A stretch of 64,000 bases of DNA from Octopus sinensis (Eukaryota), in NCBI RefSeq assembly GCF_006345805.1, contig NC_043001.1:113894001-113958000 (forward strand). The letters are read 5' to 3'. Position numbers and translations under genes: made by a program. The notes under the pieces are model-generated. The model did not search any database and was not told where the DNA came from. It saw only the letters and a program-made list of their open reading frames with translations. Of this stretch, positions 40,541 to 53,112 are shown in pieces; positions within the stretch are counted from its first letter, which is position 1; every line of letters starts with the position of its first letter.

Positions 40541-41216
40541 CATTCCTTATTTTTATTTACTATTCAAGCATTCAAAATCCCTGATCAACACTCATGCCGT
40601 TGGCAGAAAATTGGTGGGTAGGTGAAGCAGATATTACATGGCACATACAAGGTGCTATACTTGTGACGATGATTCTGATGATGGTATAAGTAAAAGGAGA
40701 GAGTAAAATGCAAAAAGTATTTGATGCATTATTTGTTATGAATATTTAATAATAAGGACAATCGTTGCAATGCCTCATGCACTAACTGAAGCGATCGAGT
40801 TACATGACTGCCCAAACGCATGATCTTTAGTGAGACATCACTTTATGCATGAATTCACCTGATGTGATCCAGACTGCAAGATTCATGCGACACAATATGA
40901 CGCACAGCATCTCATCCATAAAAGACAATCGCAGGATGACTCGAAACGATCGTCGTACAAAATAAAGAGTTATACCAATTTCATCTTCTGTCTACTTAAT
41001 CAATTATTAACTAACACTGCGGAATTCCTGAAGTAGATCCAACGAAAATAAACCCCAATTGCAGATGACACCAGGTAGCCCAAACTGTGCCAGTGCTTTA
41101 CTCAATATATCAGCACACTAATTGACATAAACTCATTAGTCCAAAATATTACATACATAATATTTTTATTCTTTTACTCGTTCCATCATGTGACTGTGTC
41201 CATACTGGAGCAGAAT

Positions 41217-41665
41217 GTGGAGGCGCGTGGATTAGTGGTTAAGGTGTGGGATTCATTATCTTAAGATTGTGGACTTGATAAGGCGGCGAGCTGGCAGAAA
41301 CGTTAGCACGCCGGGCAAAATGCTTATTTCTTCTGCCGTTATGTTCTGAGTTCAAATTCCACCGAGGTAGACTTTGCCTTTCATCCTTTCGGGGTCGATA
41401 GATTAAGTACCAGTTACGCACTGGGGTCGATGTAATCGACTTAATCCTTGTTTGTCTCCCCTATGTTTAGCCCCTTGTGGGCAATAAAGAAATAAGGTTG
41501 TGGTCTTGATTCCTGGACCGGGTGTCTTTAACAAAACACTTCATTTCTCTTTGCTTCTGTTCTTTCAGCGACGGACCGGCGTTCCGTCCAGGTGAGGAAT
41601 ATATACGCCAGAGAAACCGGGAAACCGGCCTTATGAGTTTACATGACTCGAGAACGAATTTACTT
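41217..41665 (+). mobile_element. tRNA-derived SINE family D interrupted by a family A SINE
   Basis: Head GTGGAGGCGCGTGGATTAGTGGTTAAGG; resumes at 41493; 3' part GCGACGGACCGGCGTTCCGTCCAGG...GAAACCGGGAAACCGGCC. Confidence 0.7.
41280..41492 (+). mobile_element. SINE family A nested in family D
   Basis: 18-bp TSD TAAGATTGTGGACTTGAT (41262) / TAAGGTTGTGGTCTTGAT (41493). Confidence 0.9.
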
Positions 41666-41924
41666 ACATATATATGCATATATACCTTGATAGACAGCTG
41701 ACACACACATAGTACGTACATACACACATACATACATACGCACGCACACATGGACTGTATGGTTTATATATATATAAAGGATTCTCCCGTCGCTAGACTA
41801 CGTATCAGGGTTCGACAATTTCTTACTGAACAACCATACAGGTGATTTGTTTATAGTGATCAAATGTTTGTATACACACAAGCTCACTCCCTCTATCTGA
41901 TCGACATTACCTGTACAGATGCAA

Positions 41925-42172
41925 CAGGTGCAACATGTCAAATATCGAAATGATCGCAGAGCAACGTGAAATGAAGTGATTTGCTCAAGAACACCACGCA
42001 ACGCCAGTTATGGGAATCGAACCCACAGTAGAGCAGGGATCACCACCATCCCCTGCCGGAGCCTCGTGGAGCTTTAGGTGTTTTCGCTCAATAAACACTC
42101 ACAACGCCCGGTCTGGGAATCGAAACCGCGATCCTATGACCGCGATTCTGCTGCCCTAACCACTGGGCCATT
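41925..42172 (-). mobile_element. 5' half of SINE B (42027-42172) abutting a CORE-like SINE fragment (41925-42026)
   Basis: GCAGGGATCACCACCATCCCCTGCCGGAG...CCACTGGGCCATT; GAGCAACGTGAAATGAAGTGATTTGCTCAAGAAC...GGGAATCGAACCC. Confidence 0.8.
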
Positions 42173-42594
42173 ATATATATATATATGACTATTTCGAGGA
42201 ACTTCCCTCATAAGTTTGAAACTTACAGTGTAGACTAGACATAGCTTCCTGTGTTTGTTCGCATTGAATTACTGCAAGAATACCTGCCTTTCAATATAGA
42301 AATCTTTGTTGAGATAGAAAATGATTGTAACAAGCATAGATTTTCACGAATGTTAAGGAAATAATTACCAATTATTTAGTTCAATCACATCACATAATTT
42401 ATTTAAAATTGAGTTTAAAACTTCTCTGAACACATGAGAAAATATGCTCTCGAAATACATACGCACTCACACGCGCACATATATGCATACATACATACAT
42501 ACATACATACATACATACACATTCATACATATACATGTATATATATACATATATATACATATATATATGAATATAAAAGTGTGTATGTGCATAT

Positions 42595-42620
42595 AGACAG
42601 ACAGATAGATAGATAAATAA

Positions 42621-42690
<70 letters not shown>
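42595..42690. repeat. (TAGA)n
   Basis: direct reading. Confidence 0.95.
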
Positions 42691-42691
<1 letters not shown>

Positions 42692-43262
42692 TGAAAACAT
42701 ACATGGATAAGCACAGTCACAAATTTACACATTATACTATAACATACACTAATATACATACATATAGACACCAGCATATACACAAAAATATACACTGTAT
42801 CCGCATGTATATATATGTGTGTGTGTGCGTGTCATTTTGCGTTTCTTTTTACTGTTAATTTCCTTTTACATAATCAGTTTATCCGATGCATTTTCAACAG
42901 CATCCTGCATATATGCTGCGTGGAATGTTAACTATTCTCCAAGCTAAATGATATTACCTTTACGGCAAAGAACCTGAATAATCTGCAAAACACACAAAAG
43001 CGCTTATGAATGATTTCTTTTCAACTATGAAGAATAAAATGATAGGAAAAAATTATGAAAAAATAAATAAACATAAAATATCGCAGAAAACAAAGCATAT
43101 TTTTGTTAGTTTGTTCTTATCTGTAAAATTATTATTGAGAAAATGCATTCCATCCATATTTTTTTTATATTGGTAACGTTAAACGAATGTGAAGTCAATA
43201 AGAAAGACTCTACAGAAGAATGCAACGTTTATATTTACTTCAAATATTTTCAGCTCTTTTAG

Positions 43263-43361
43263 ATTTTGTGGTCACCAGAAGCACCTGTTAAACAGATCGA
43301 TGATACTGCATTCCAAAGCCCGTTCTCCTCACCGTGGTGTTGGGGGTGGCAACGGCATATG
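43263..43361 (+). other. candidate 99-nt exon in a GC-rich unique island
   Basis: Acceptor TTTTCAGCTCTTTTAG| and donor ATG|GTAAGT; reading frame and even strand unresolved (see findings). Confidence 0.35.
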
Positions 43362-44073
43362 GTAAGTATGCTGGCTAAACGGCTCTGGCCTGGGGTAAAG
43401 ACCTGGCCACCTACCCCAGTATCCTGGCCAATATACTCTATGGATAAAAAAAAGTGTCTTTGTGTGTGTGTGCGGGTGTGTGTGTGTGTGTGTGTGTGTG
43501 CGTGCGCGCACTTGTGTGTTTGTGTGTATGTGTGTGTGTGTGTGTGTATTTGTGTGTGTGCGTGTGTTTGTGTCGTTGAAATCGAGGTGTGCCACATTGT
43601 GTAAACCGGATATGATCTAATCCAAAATTTGTCCATGTCTAAGAGTTCCCCCATGACAGAAACAATATACCGATCTAACTTTATAAAGGAATAACAACTT
43701 TTAAGTGTGGTTATTTTAACAGTACACTTGACAATAACTTCAACATTGAAACAACGAATGCTTCATCACATTTGCAATGTTATCCTTCTGAATGCAACGA
43801 AGGAGTAATATCGTGACAAAATACCAACCGAATGTATCAAATAGTGAAATATTTAAATACCTAAGATGACAGTGGTTCTCTTACAATTATGGGAGTATTA
43901 TTAAAGATATATTGTGTAGCTGGCAAACTATGATTTTCTTGCTAAATTTTTATAGAATACTGTTCATAGGAAGGACTGATCTCATACACAAAACCACAGA
44001 CCACCACTCCCGCACATACATATGTGTGTATGTGTGTGTCTGGCTGTGTCTGTGTATATAATTACACACGCGC

Positions 44074-44152
<79 letters not shown>

Positions 44153-44767
44153 GTTGACTGTTCTAATATTTGCATATATCATTGCAAAACCTGTCTTGAG
44201 TTACTTCCATTTTTGTCAAAATAGGTGACCCAGACATTCGCTAAATGCAAACTTAATGTTATCAAAATGCCCCACTTCTGTCCTTGGCTGAAGGCCAGAG
44301 AAAGGATGTAAATAAAAGCAAAAAGAGATGTTTAAACGATGTTATAAATTAGGATACTCTGCGAAAATACCAACAGAAAAATCAAAGCCAACTAAATCAA
44401 AGAGACCAATTAAGCTATGGAAATGACTTTACATACTGATCTCTTGTTTATTGATCAACCCACTTATTGTTTACACGTTAGTGATTTTGTTTATATAGAA
44501 GGCGGTGGAATAGCAAGAACAGCATTGAGTTAGACAAATCGTCTTCTCATCCCATATCTTCAAACTCAAACTCTCAGCAGAGTCAGATTTATCTTTCATC
44601 TATTGTGGATCGATAAAAAGAAGAATTATTTTATCACGACTCAATCATCCATGGCCGTCCATAATTAATTTGTAACTTCGTGTTTATGAAAGTAATTTGT
44701 AATGCGTGTGCGAGCGGACACACACATACACACACACACACACTTATTTATATATGACATGTCTGGT

Positions 44768-45160
44768 CATAATTACTGGTATCGACTCGCGAATCTCAAT
44801 CTGTATTCTTTCCAGCGCCGCCGAGAGCGCTTTATTATTTGTACGATGCGGAAATTCTTCCGACAGTATTATCCAAATGTCACCGGGATCACTTTTAAGA
44901 TTGACCCAAGGCTTGGTCCCTGTGACATGCGTCCTCTAGAGTAATCGTGCTCTCAGGACATCACAACACTAAGACAGATCTACTTCTCCTCAATCGGACC
45001 TGCTCCTTGTAACATCATTCCAAAACATATAAAGAAGGAAAAAAGATTTCATAACCTTCAAAAACTTCCTGGGTGAAGTTCCCCAACAAATTTCAGATAA
45101 ACCACGTACACCCGTATATACTGCTGCAAACAACAACTCCTTAATCGAATGAGCAATGGT
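44768..45160 (+). mobile_element. 3' end of a CR1/L2-type LINE ORF2, degenerate
   Basis: NYWYRLANLNLYSFQRRRERFIICTMRK...GITFKIDPRLG...YFSSIGPA.CNIIPKHIK...ANNNSLIE; the Y..RL..L.LySL.rRR motif. Confidence 0.8.
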
Positions 45161-45442
45161 GCCTAAAAATAAATATACAAAAATACATTACTAAATGGCT
45201 TTTCCAGGCGGTGCTATTAAGTTAGCTATGGCCTGGGCCAATGTGGCCGAAACCTACCTATGCATCTAAGTGTATATATATACAGTGAAGTTATATTCTG
45301 TTAAGAACGTAGTAGAGTGCAGTATAAAGTTTTTCCACCTTCAGATCTAACCCTGGGCCCTCCAGTAGTAGAATTATACGTACTTCCAACTTGCGTTTGG
45401 CCATCTGTCGTGTGAGTAGATAATTGAAAATATTGGGAGTCA

Positions 45443-45756
45443 CGAAGGATTACTGTCGGACATATATTTTTCAATGACTACACTTGTTTCTACGCAACGT
45501 AGTTCTTCAGGCATGCAGGTACTTGATTATACAACTGTTTTCCTACACTATGAGACCTAGCTGCGTTTCTCTCAAGTTCAAATTCTCGGCGTCAAGAATA
45601 TCCTCTCCGTCTGTCTGTCTGTCCTAGCCTGAATTTAGTATTAGCCACTGAGTTTATCAAGATGTGCTGTTGCTGAAGGAGCATTGGCCTAGGGAACTAC
45701 CTTGCATAGAAACAATTGTAGTGATTGAAAAATAAATATCCGACAGTAATCCTTCA
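45443..45756. mobile_element. 314-bp MITE, ~70-bp TIRs, 9-bp TSD (Mutator-like)
   Basis: GAAGGATTACTGTCGGACATATATTTTTCAATGACTACAC... vs ...GTAGTGATTGAAAAATAAATATCCGACAGTAATCCTTC; TSD TGGGAGTCA/TTGGAGTCA. Confidence 0.82.
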
Positions 45757-46279
45757 TTGGAGTCATATATAGAAAACTTGCACGGAAGTATATAGAAAAT
45801 TTGCACGTTCAGAAAATCTCTTTTAGAAACGAAATCAGTATTTATACTGTGAAGTAATGTTTATCGCCACCTTAAACATGGCTGTTCTGTAAGAACGACG
45901 ATACTGCTACTTCAACCCTAGAAGGACACCACCTCCAGCAAATTATTCACTACGCGTTGCACTCGATCTATACTGTAATCTAGTAGAAAACTTCCTACTA
46001 TTCTAACTTGAAAAATCACAGATCATGTGATTTCGACCGCATTTTAGTCATCCTCAGTTAGAGATACACGTCTGCTAGACATAGCCGTATTTTACATTTA
46101 CGTATACATAGATACACATATACAGACATACAGACACACACACACACACGTATATATACATATATCCCTGTATATGTATGTGTAATTGAGTTCGCTTTTG
46201 CATATATTAAAATCTGTCTAAATTTTAACTATAATACACACATACGCACACACACACACACATACGCACACACACACAT

Positions 46280-46362
<83 letters not shown>

Positions 46363-46732
46363 CAGACATGCAGGAAGTAAATAGACACCTTTAATTTTCA
46401 CAATTTCTGATCTAAGCGTCCTCAGCGCTGTAGAATTTACAATGTAATTATCCCTCTTCATTCCCGGTGCCATTATATTAAACATATTGAATCGAGGGAA
46501 CACTCGATTCAATAACACCGTCTACAAACTCTATGCTTGGAATGACCAATTTTAAATACTTTTGGAACTTACTCACAAGGTACAGGAATCTTATATGTAT
46601 ACCATTCTGCCTATATAATGGAACTGCAGATACAATATCCCTGCATATTTCACGTCTAATTTAATTCCTCCACTTCACTCTCTATTTCGTATCTTATCTA
46701 GAATAACTATTGTTTAACCATCATCTCACACC

Positions 46733-46780
46733 GTCTCCGATGAAAGGCTACATAAAATATCCTGGAAACAGCTGTAAGAC
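46733..46780 (+). ncRNA. minimal type-I hammerhead-like motif (Penelope-associated type), core variant
   Basis: GTCT-CCGATGA-stem II (AGG..CCT)-GAAA-CAGCTG (palindromic stem III)-TA-AGAC; U4 replaced by C. Confidence 0.5.
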
Positions 46781-47028
46781 CTATTTATAAATGTTCTGAA
46801 ATCTTTCACAGCCTTGGATTTTTATCGCATTCTGTTAATTTTTTTCATATATACGCATGCGGATATATGACCTATGTTGGACTCCTCATTCGCATAATCA
46901 CCGTACCTGGAGCCTAACTATAGTCTGTCCATGGCACTTCCTCAGCATTACCAGACACCATTGGGTCTTCTTGGCACCATTACCTCTTATAACCTATATA
47001 TATATACACATACACACACACACACACA

Positions 47029-47061
<33 letters not shown>

Positions 47062-48382
47062 ATATGTATGTATATATGTATATATATATATGTATATATG
47101 TATATATATGTATGTATTTATATATATATATGTATATGTGCATGCATATATATGTATATATGTGTATGTATATATATATATATATATACATACATATATA
47201 TGTATATATGCATATACATATATATGTATTCATATATATATATAATATATGTATATGTATATACACATACCCAATTGACTTAACTTTGTGTTAAAGTGTT
47301 AATTTTATCACATGCTATCTTTATTGAACCTCAAACACAATGATTCATACACATCAATATATTTTAATAGCTACAATAAAAGAGAATATCTTCTGTATTT
47401 TTGTACTGAAAATAGTCTTTACTACCAATGTGATAGTCTCTGTTACTAGAATCATTATCCCGATGACCATCATTCTTGTACATTGAACGCATCATAGACA
47501 TAATATAACAAATACATTACATCTTCTGTAATTCTTTTAGTGTTTTCAGATATTGGACTGCTGTCATGGTAATACAAACAACTTCGAAGTTATAAACACA
47601 GAAATATGTAAAGGATTATATCGATTCTAGCATTTATTTCTGCCTGGTATACATTTAGCTAACTTAATTTACCGAAGTGCTAGTTTACGAGATATAACGA
47701 AAAAAAATAATCAGTTAAATTAACCGGCATAATCATAAACTCACATGCCCAAACACACGTACTATGTACATATGTTTAGTATATACTATCTCTTTTCGTG
47801 TGTTGCTAATCATTACAAAATCCACATTTCCTCATTTTGATGATTTTGCTTACGAAAATTTTATTTTCAAGTCTCCTCTTTAATCACAAGCAGAGAGCAA
47901 ACCTTTGATAATACTGAGAAGCAGACAGACGGTAAGGGCCAACTGGACAAGTTTGGACACTTTTCCTACTTTAACTGAGTTTCAATGCAAATTCTAGGGC
48001 TATTTGCTTTGGGTATTCTTCCACAAGAATTTTTCGAGCTCAATATTCAACATATTTGGTTGTCTAGACTGGAGGAATCTGCGAACGAAAAATCTACTGT
48101 GTGAAACTGACCAAGCGATCCTTGGAGTGTCCGAACACTTAAGGTTTTATTTTCACAGACAGAAGGAATATTTCTTCCTAATCCTATTGCTGAAGACCCT
48201 TTTCGAATTCATACAGCATCTCGTATCTGAAACCATTATAAAGAGGTAAAGCCAATAAAAATTTAACCATTATTTTATAAAGTAATCAGCAAAGAAAGTG
48301 GGGAAACACGTAATAAATCAATACTTATTTTACCATTAGTGCTAAATAAAAACTCTATTCCGACATAATTATGCAGACAAAC

Positions 48383-48388
48383 AGATAG

Positions 48389-48419
<31 letters not shown>

Positions 48420-48458
48420 GATTAATAGATAAATAGATTAATAGATAGATAGATTAAC

Positions 48459-48534
<76 letters not shown>

Positions 48535-48562
48535 TGATAGATAGATAGATAGATAGATAGAC

Positions 48563-48650
<88 letters not shown>
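48383..48650. repeat. (TAGA)n, ~270 bp
   Basis: direct reading. Confidence 0.95.
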
Positions 48651-48653
<3 letters not shown>

Positions 48654-49288
48654 TAATGGTGTAAAATATAGCGTGAATGGGTAATTATAGATTTGTATTA
48701 AAGTAAGCTTAATCTTTTGCAGCCGAGACTTGACACTCAGAATTATAAAGAAATATCCATGTATTTATGATAATCGAGATTCGAAACCAGGTCAAGCAAG
48801 TCATTCCCCATTAATCTCTGTCCGCAGGAAGAGATACTAGTATTCGTTGCTATCTACATTTGTCGAAGTCATAAAGTGTTGCCTAAAATTTTTAGCTTTA
48901 TCTTAACATACACACACGCACACACATACAAACACACATACGTATTGATTTTAATGAGCAAGAGAATGTATACCGAGTCCTTTTCTCCCTCTCCTCAAAG
49001 CCAGTATAGTAATTACGTTCAGTTAATCTACTAGCAAATTGCTTAAGAGTTTTCCCCGACATGAAGTCAGTCTCTCAAAGAAGTAAAATCTAGACGCGTA
49101 GGTTGATCTCGTGCTTATAAAATAATTTAAAAAAAAAAGAAAAGAAAATGTCCATTTGATGATGTGTTCTTGGGCGGTGAGAGGATGAAAGCCACTTCCT
49201 AATAGCCAGACGTGTACAGCATCGCATTGTCTTGAAATATAAAAATATATCTCAAATTATGAATTTTATGCATTTTAAGAAGTATATA

Positions 49289-49522
49289 TATATTTCTTTA
49301 TTGCCCACAAGGGGCTAAACATAGAGGGGACAAACAAGGACAGACAAAGGGATTAAGTCGATTACAACGACCTCCAGTGCGTAACTGGTACTTAATTTAT
49401 CGACCCCGAAAGGATGAAAGGCAAAGTCGACCTCGGCGGAATTTGAACTCGGAACGTAACGACAGACGAAATACGGCTACGCAGGTCGCCCGGCGTGCTA
49501 ACGTTTCTGCCAGCTAGCCGCC
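49289..49522 (-). mobile_element. SINE family A, full length
   Basis: TSD TTAAGAAGTATATA at 49275 and 49523. Confidence 0.93.
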
Positions 49523-50038
49523 TTAAGAAGTATATAGACTACTTACTACGTGAGTTGCAGCCATCACCAACAATGCATATAAAGACAGCCGCTTTTCTCC
49601 TAAAGATTCAACAGCTCAAGAACACTGCGCAGCGTTATTCAGTAGCAAAGCCACTAATATGAAGCTACATAATGAAAGGGTATTATACACAGTTCAATGT
49701 TACTTCAAATTTGTTATAAATGCTTTCACATCATGAAGTGCTCACCGCATTGATGTTAGAAACAACCAGAATGAACATCAACAGACACTGAACAAAGAAC
49801 AGGCAATAAAATAAAAACAAACTGAAATATTCGGCTGTGTTTTCAAAATTAATACATAGAATCACAGCAACACTGGTCAATATTTTACCGAACATAGATA
49901 TTGTGGATAAATGTTACAATTATTTATCAATGCTGTGAGAGAAATGGTTGCAGTGATATTAATAAGAGTGGCGGTAATATTATTAATTGTGGTAGTGATG
50001 TAAATGTTACAGAATTATCTAAGCAATGTTACTGTAAT

Positions 50039-50418
50039 GGGAAGCACTCCGTCGGTTACGACGACGAGGGTTCCGTTGATCCGAATCAACGGAACAGCCT
50101 GCTCGTGAAATTAACGTGTAAGTGGCTGAGCACTCCACAGACACGTGTACACTTAAAGTAGTTCTCGGGGATATTCAGCGTGACACAGAGAGTGACAAGG
50201 CCGGCCCTTTGAAATACAGGTACAACAGAAACAGGAAGTAAGAGTGAGAGAAAGTTGTGGTGAAAGATTACAGCAGGGATCACCACCATCCCTGCCGGAG
50301 CCTCGTAGAGCTTTAGGTGTTTTCGCTCAATAAACACTCACAACGCCCGGTCTGGGAATCGAAACCGCGATCCTATGACCGCGAGTCCGCTGCCCTAACC
50401 ACTGGGCTATTGCGCCTC
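50039..50418 (-). mobile_element. SINE family B, full length
   Basis: 12-bp TSD TGTTACTGTAAT at 50027 and 50419. Confidence 0.93.
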
Positions 50419-50757
50419 TGTTACTGTAATAGATACTAATATAATCGTGCATCTTATTGGTCTACTGTATTATAAAAGTGTCGCATAAAAGCTTTCATTC
50501 GTTGATACTATAATATTTACTTATACTAAGGAAACGAAGCAGTACATTAATGATGCATATACTACAAACAGCTTACAAGCTTCTCTAGATGAGGTCAACT
50601 CAACTTACATGTTTATCAGACAATATTTTAGAAGCTCAACTTTTTAATGGATTAAGAAACGGTTAAAGCTATGTCGAAATTAAATACCCTGCCAAATCAT
50701 AAAACTACTCTGCTATATAAGTCATTTAAATGATTCGTTAAACTCACAAAAAATGAA

Positions 50758-51419
50758 ATCGGTGGCACCCGCAAAATTTGAGGAGAATTGGGCCTCGAGC
50801 AAACAAGACTATACGAGGGAGACGTACGAAAGTAAACAAATATAATGGATGGAAGCACTCCGTCGGTTACGACGACGAGGGTTCCGGTTGATCCGAATCA
50901 ACGGAACAGCCTGCTCGTGAAATTAACGTATAAGTGGCTGAGCACTCCACAGACACGTGTAGCCTTAACGTAGTTCTCGGGGATATTCAGCGTGACACAG
51001 AGAGTGACAAGGCCGGCCCTTTGAAATACAAGTACAACAGAAACAGGAAGTAAGAGTGAGAGAAAGAGTACAGCAGAGATCACCACCATCCCCTGCCGGA
51101 GCCTCGTGGAGCTTTAGGTGTTTTCGCTCAATAAACACTCACAACGCCCGGTCTGGGAATCAAAACCGCGATCCTATGACCGCGAGTCCGCTGCCCTAAC
51201 CACTGGGCCATTGCGACTCCACAAACAAATATAATATGAGACGATTGACGAAGAGGGAATAAATACGGCCTTTCGGCCAAACACGAGTATGATGCGTAAC
51301 GCCTCGAAGAAATCATGAAAAGGTATAGAAAGCGAAATAGCAAGAGAGGAGATAAATGTGGTCCGGCAAGCTAGGCGTGCGGTGCCTGATTCTCCTCAAA
51401 TTTTGCGGGTGCTGCCGAT
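50758..51419. mobile_element. MITE-like element with 36-bp TIRs, carrying a nested SINE B
   Basis: ATCGGTGGCACCCGCAAAATTTGAGGAGAATTGGGC (50758) vs GCCTGATTCTCCTCAAATTTTGCGGGTGCTGCCGAT (51384-51419); no clear TSD. Confidence 0.7.
50847..51222 (-). mobile_element. SINE family B, full length
   Basis: 13-bp TSD AAACAAATATAAT at 50834 and 51223. Confidence 0.93.
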
Positions 51420-52699
51420 ATGCGAAATTCTCAGTCATATCGTTAAAGGCATGAAACTATGTATTGGTATTTCGGTCGATAAATTGTGAAGAATTAGGGT
51501 ACTTCCCTGTCTGTCCTATGTGTACGTTTTTTAGCATTTGATGCATTTTTCAATTATTGAGTAACTGAACGCCACGCATCCCGACTTTTGTTAACTAAGT
51601 TTATATATATATATATATATTATATTTAATTAGAGACATATATATATGTGTGTGTGTGTGTGTATATGTGGTGGTTGTCTACTCCTTATGCAGAGTCTGC
51701 CCACCTCTTGTACTTACACCATGGCATTTGATGTGCCATTTTAATCCCGGCAATGTATTAGAAAGATACCCACATAGATTGCGTATCTGATTTGGACCAC
51801 TAAGAGCTGCGGTTAAGATCTGATCTTCATGATCTTAAAATGTCTTTTGAGGCCTCCGTTAGATTTACAGACCTTACGGCATACACGGCATTGAAAGGTG
51901 TGCACAGATATATATAGGCTGAGTAGTTGGTGGAGGTTCGTTATATAAAATTAAACTCAGGCTTCAAAACAACTTACAAAAATTGGTTAGAACAATAAGC
52001 GGCAACAACTTGAAAATTAGTAGTATTTTGGAACTCCTTCTTCAAAACTAAGATAAGCATAACAATCGTAATATCTGTTTTCTAGTCAATGTGATTACTT
52101 AGGTCCTTGAATCATTACAAATCCTGATTAGAAAATTGCATAGGCAGTTGAGTAAACAAGATAGTTATGCCATTTAAAACATTCATAACCTTTCGTCGTT
52201 ATGATTGACTGCCCTATCAGGCTATGTGTTTTTACAGGACTTTTTTCAACAACCCAGACGAGGAGATTAAATGGGTCTTTATCGGCAGGATAACACTGAT
52301 CCGTAAGAAAAGGTCTGTAGATGACACATGCAGCTATAGTCCTGCCACTTATCTAGTGATGGTTTATAAACTTCGTAAAATATTATTTAACAAGAAAACT
52401 GAATATCAAAAATATGTCATTCTACTGGAGCAGCGTGCTCAAGTCTTATAGGACAATTGGATATGTTATTAATGACATAGTAATGGGTGAATCAAAAGTA
52501 GACAGAAACCAGAGACTTAAGACGTGCTCAGAATAATTGAAAAAAGAACTGTTGATTCAGTTCTCTATGAGTAGATTATGAACTTGGCAGAAGTACAAGG
52601 ATTTCATAACATCCTGAAAAGCTTCATTACCACGGTGATTATGTTTTGTAGAAATCTATTATGGTAGCTAACATTTCGATGGATTTAATCTTCAATCAC

Positions 52700-53081
52700 A
52701 CAAGAAGAAGAAGGAGAAGAATAGGAAGAAGAAGGATGAGGAGGAGGAAGAGGAGGGGGAGGCAGAAGAGAAGAATAAGGAGGAGAAGGAGGAATAAGAA
52801 GAAGGAGGAGAAGAATAAGGAGAAGGAGGAGGAGGAGGGGGAGGGGAGGCAGAGGAGAAGAATAAGGAGGAGAAGAAGGAAGAAGAAGGAGAAGAAGGAG
52901 GAGAAGAATCAGGAGAAGGAGGAGGAGGTGGAGGGGAGGCAGAGGAGAAGGAGGAAGAAGAAGAAGAAGAAGAAGAAGAAGGAGGAGAAGAATAAGGAGA
53001 AGGAGGAGGAGGAGGAGGAGGAGGGGAGGCAGCAGCAGCAGCAGCAGCAGAAGAAGAAGAAGAAGAAGAGAAGAAAAGAAG

Positions 53082-53110
<29 letters not shown>
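52700..53110. repeat. (GAA/GGA)n polypurine tract with a higher-order unit
   Basis: GAGGGGAGGCAG...AAGAAGGAGGAGAAGAAT(A/C)AGGAGAAGGAGGAGGAG recurs about 4 times. Confidence 0.93.
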
Positions 53111-53112
<2 letters not shown>

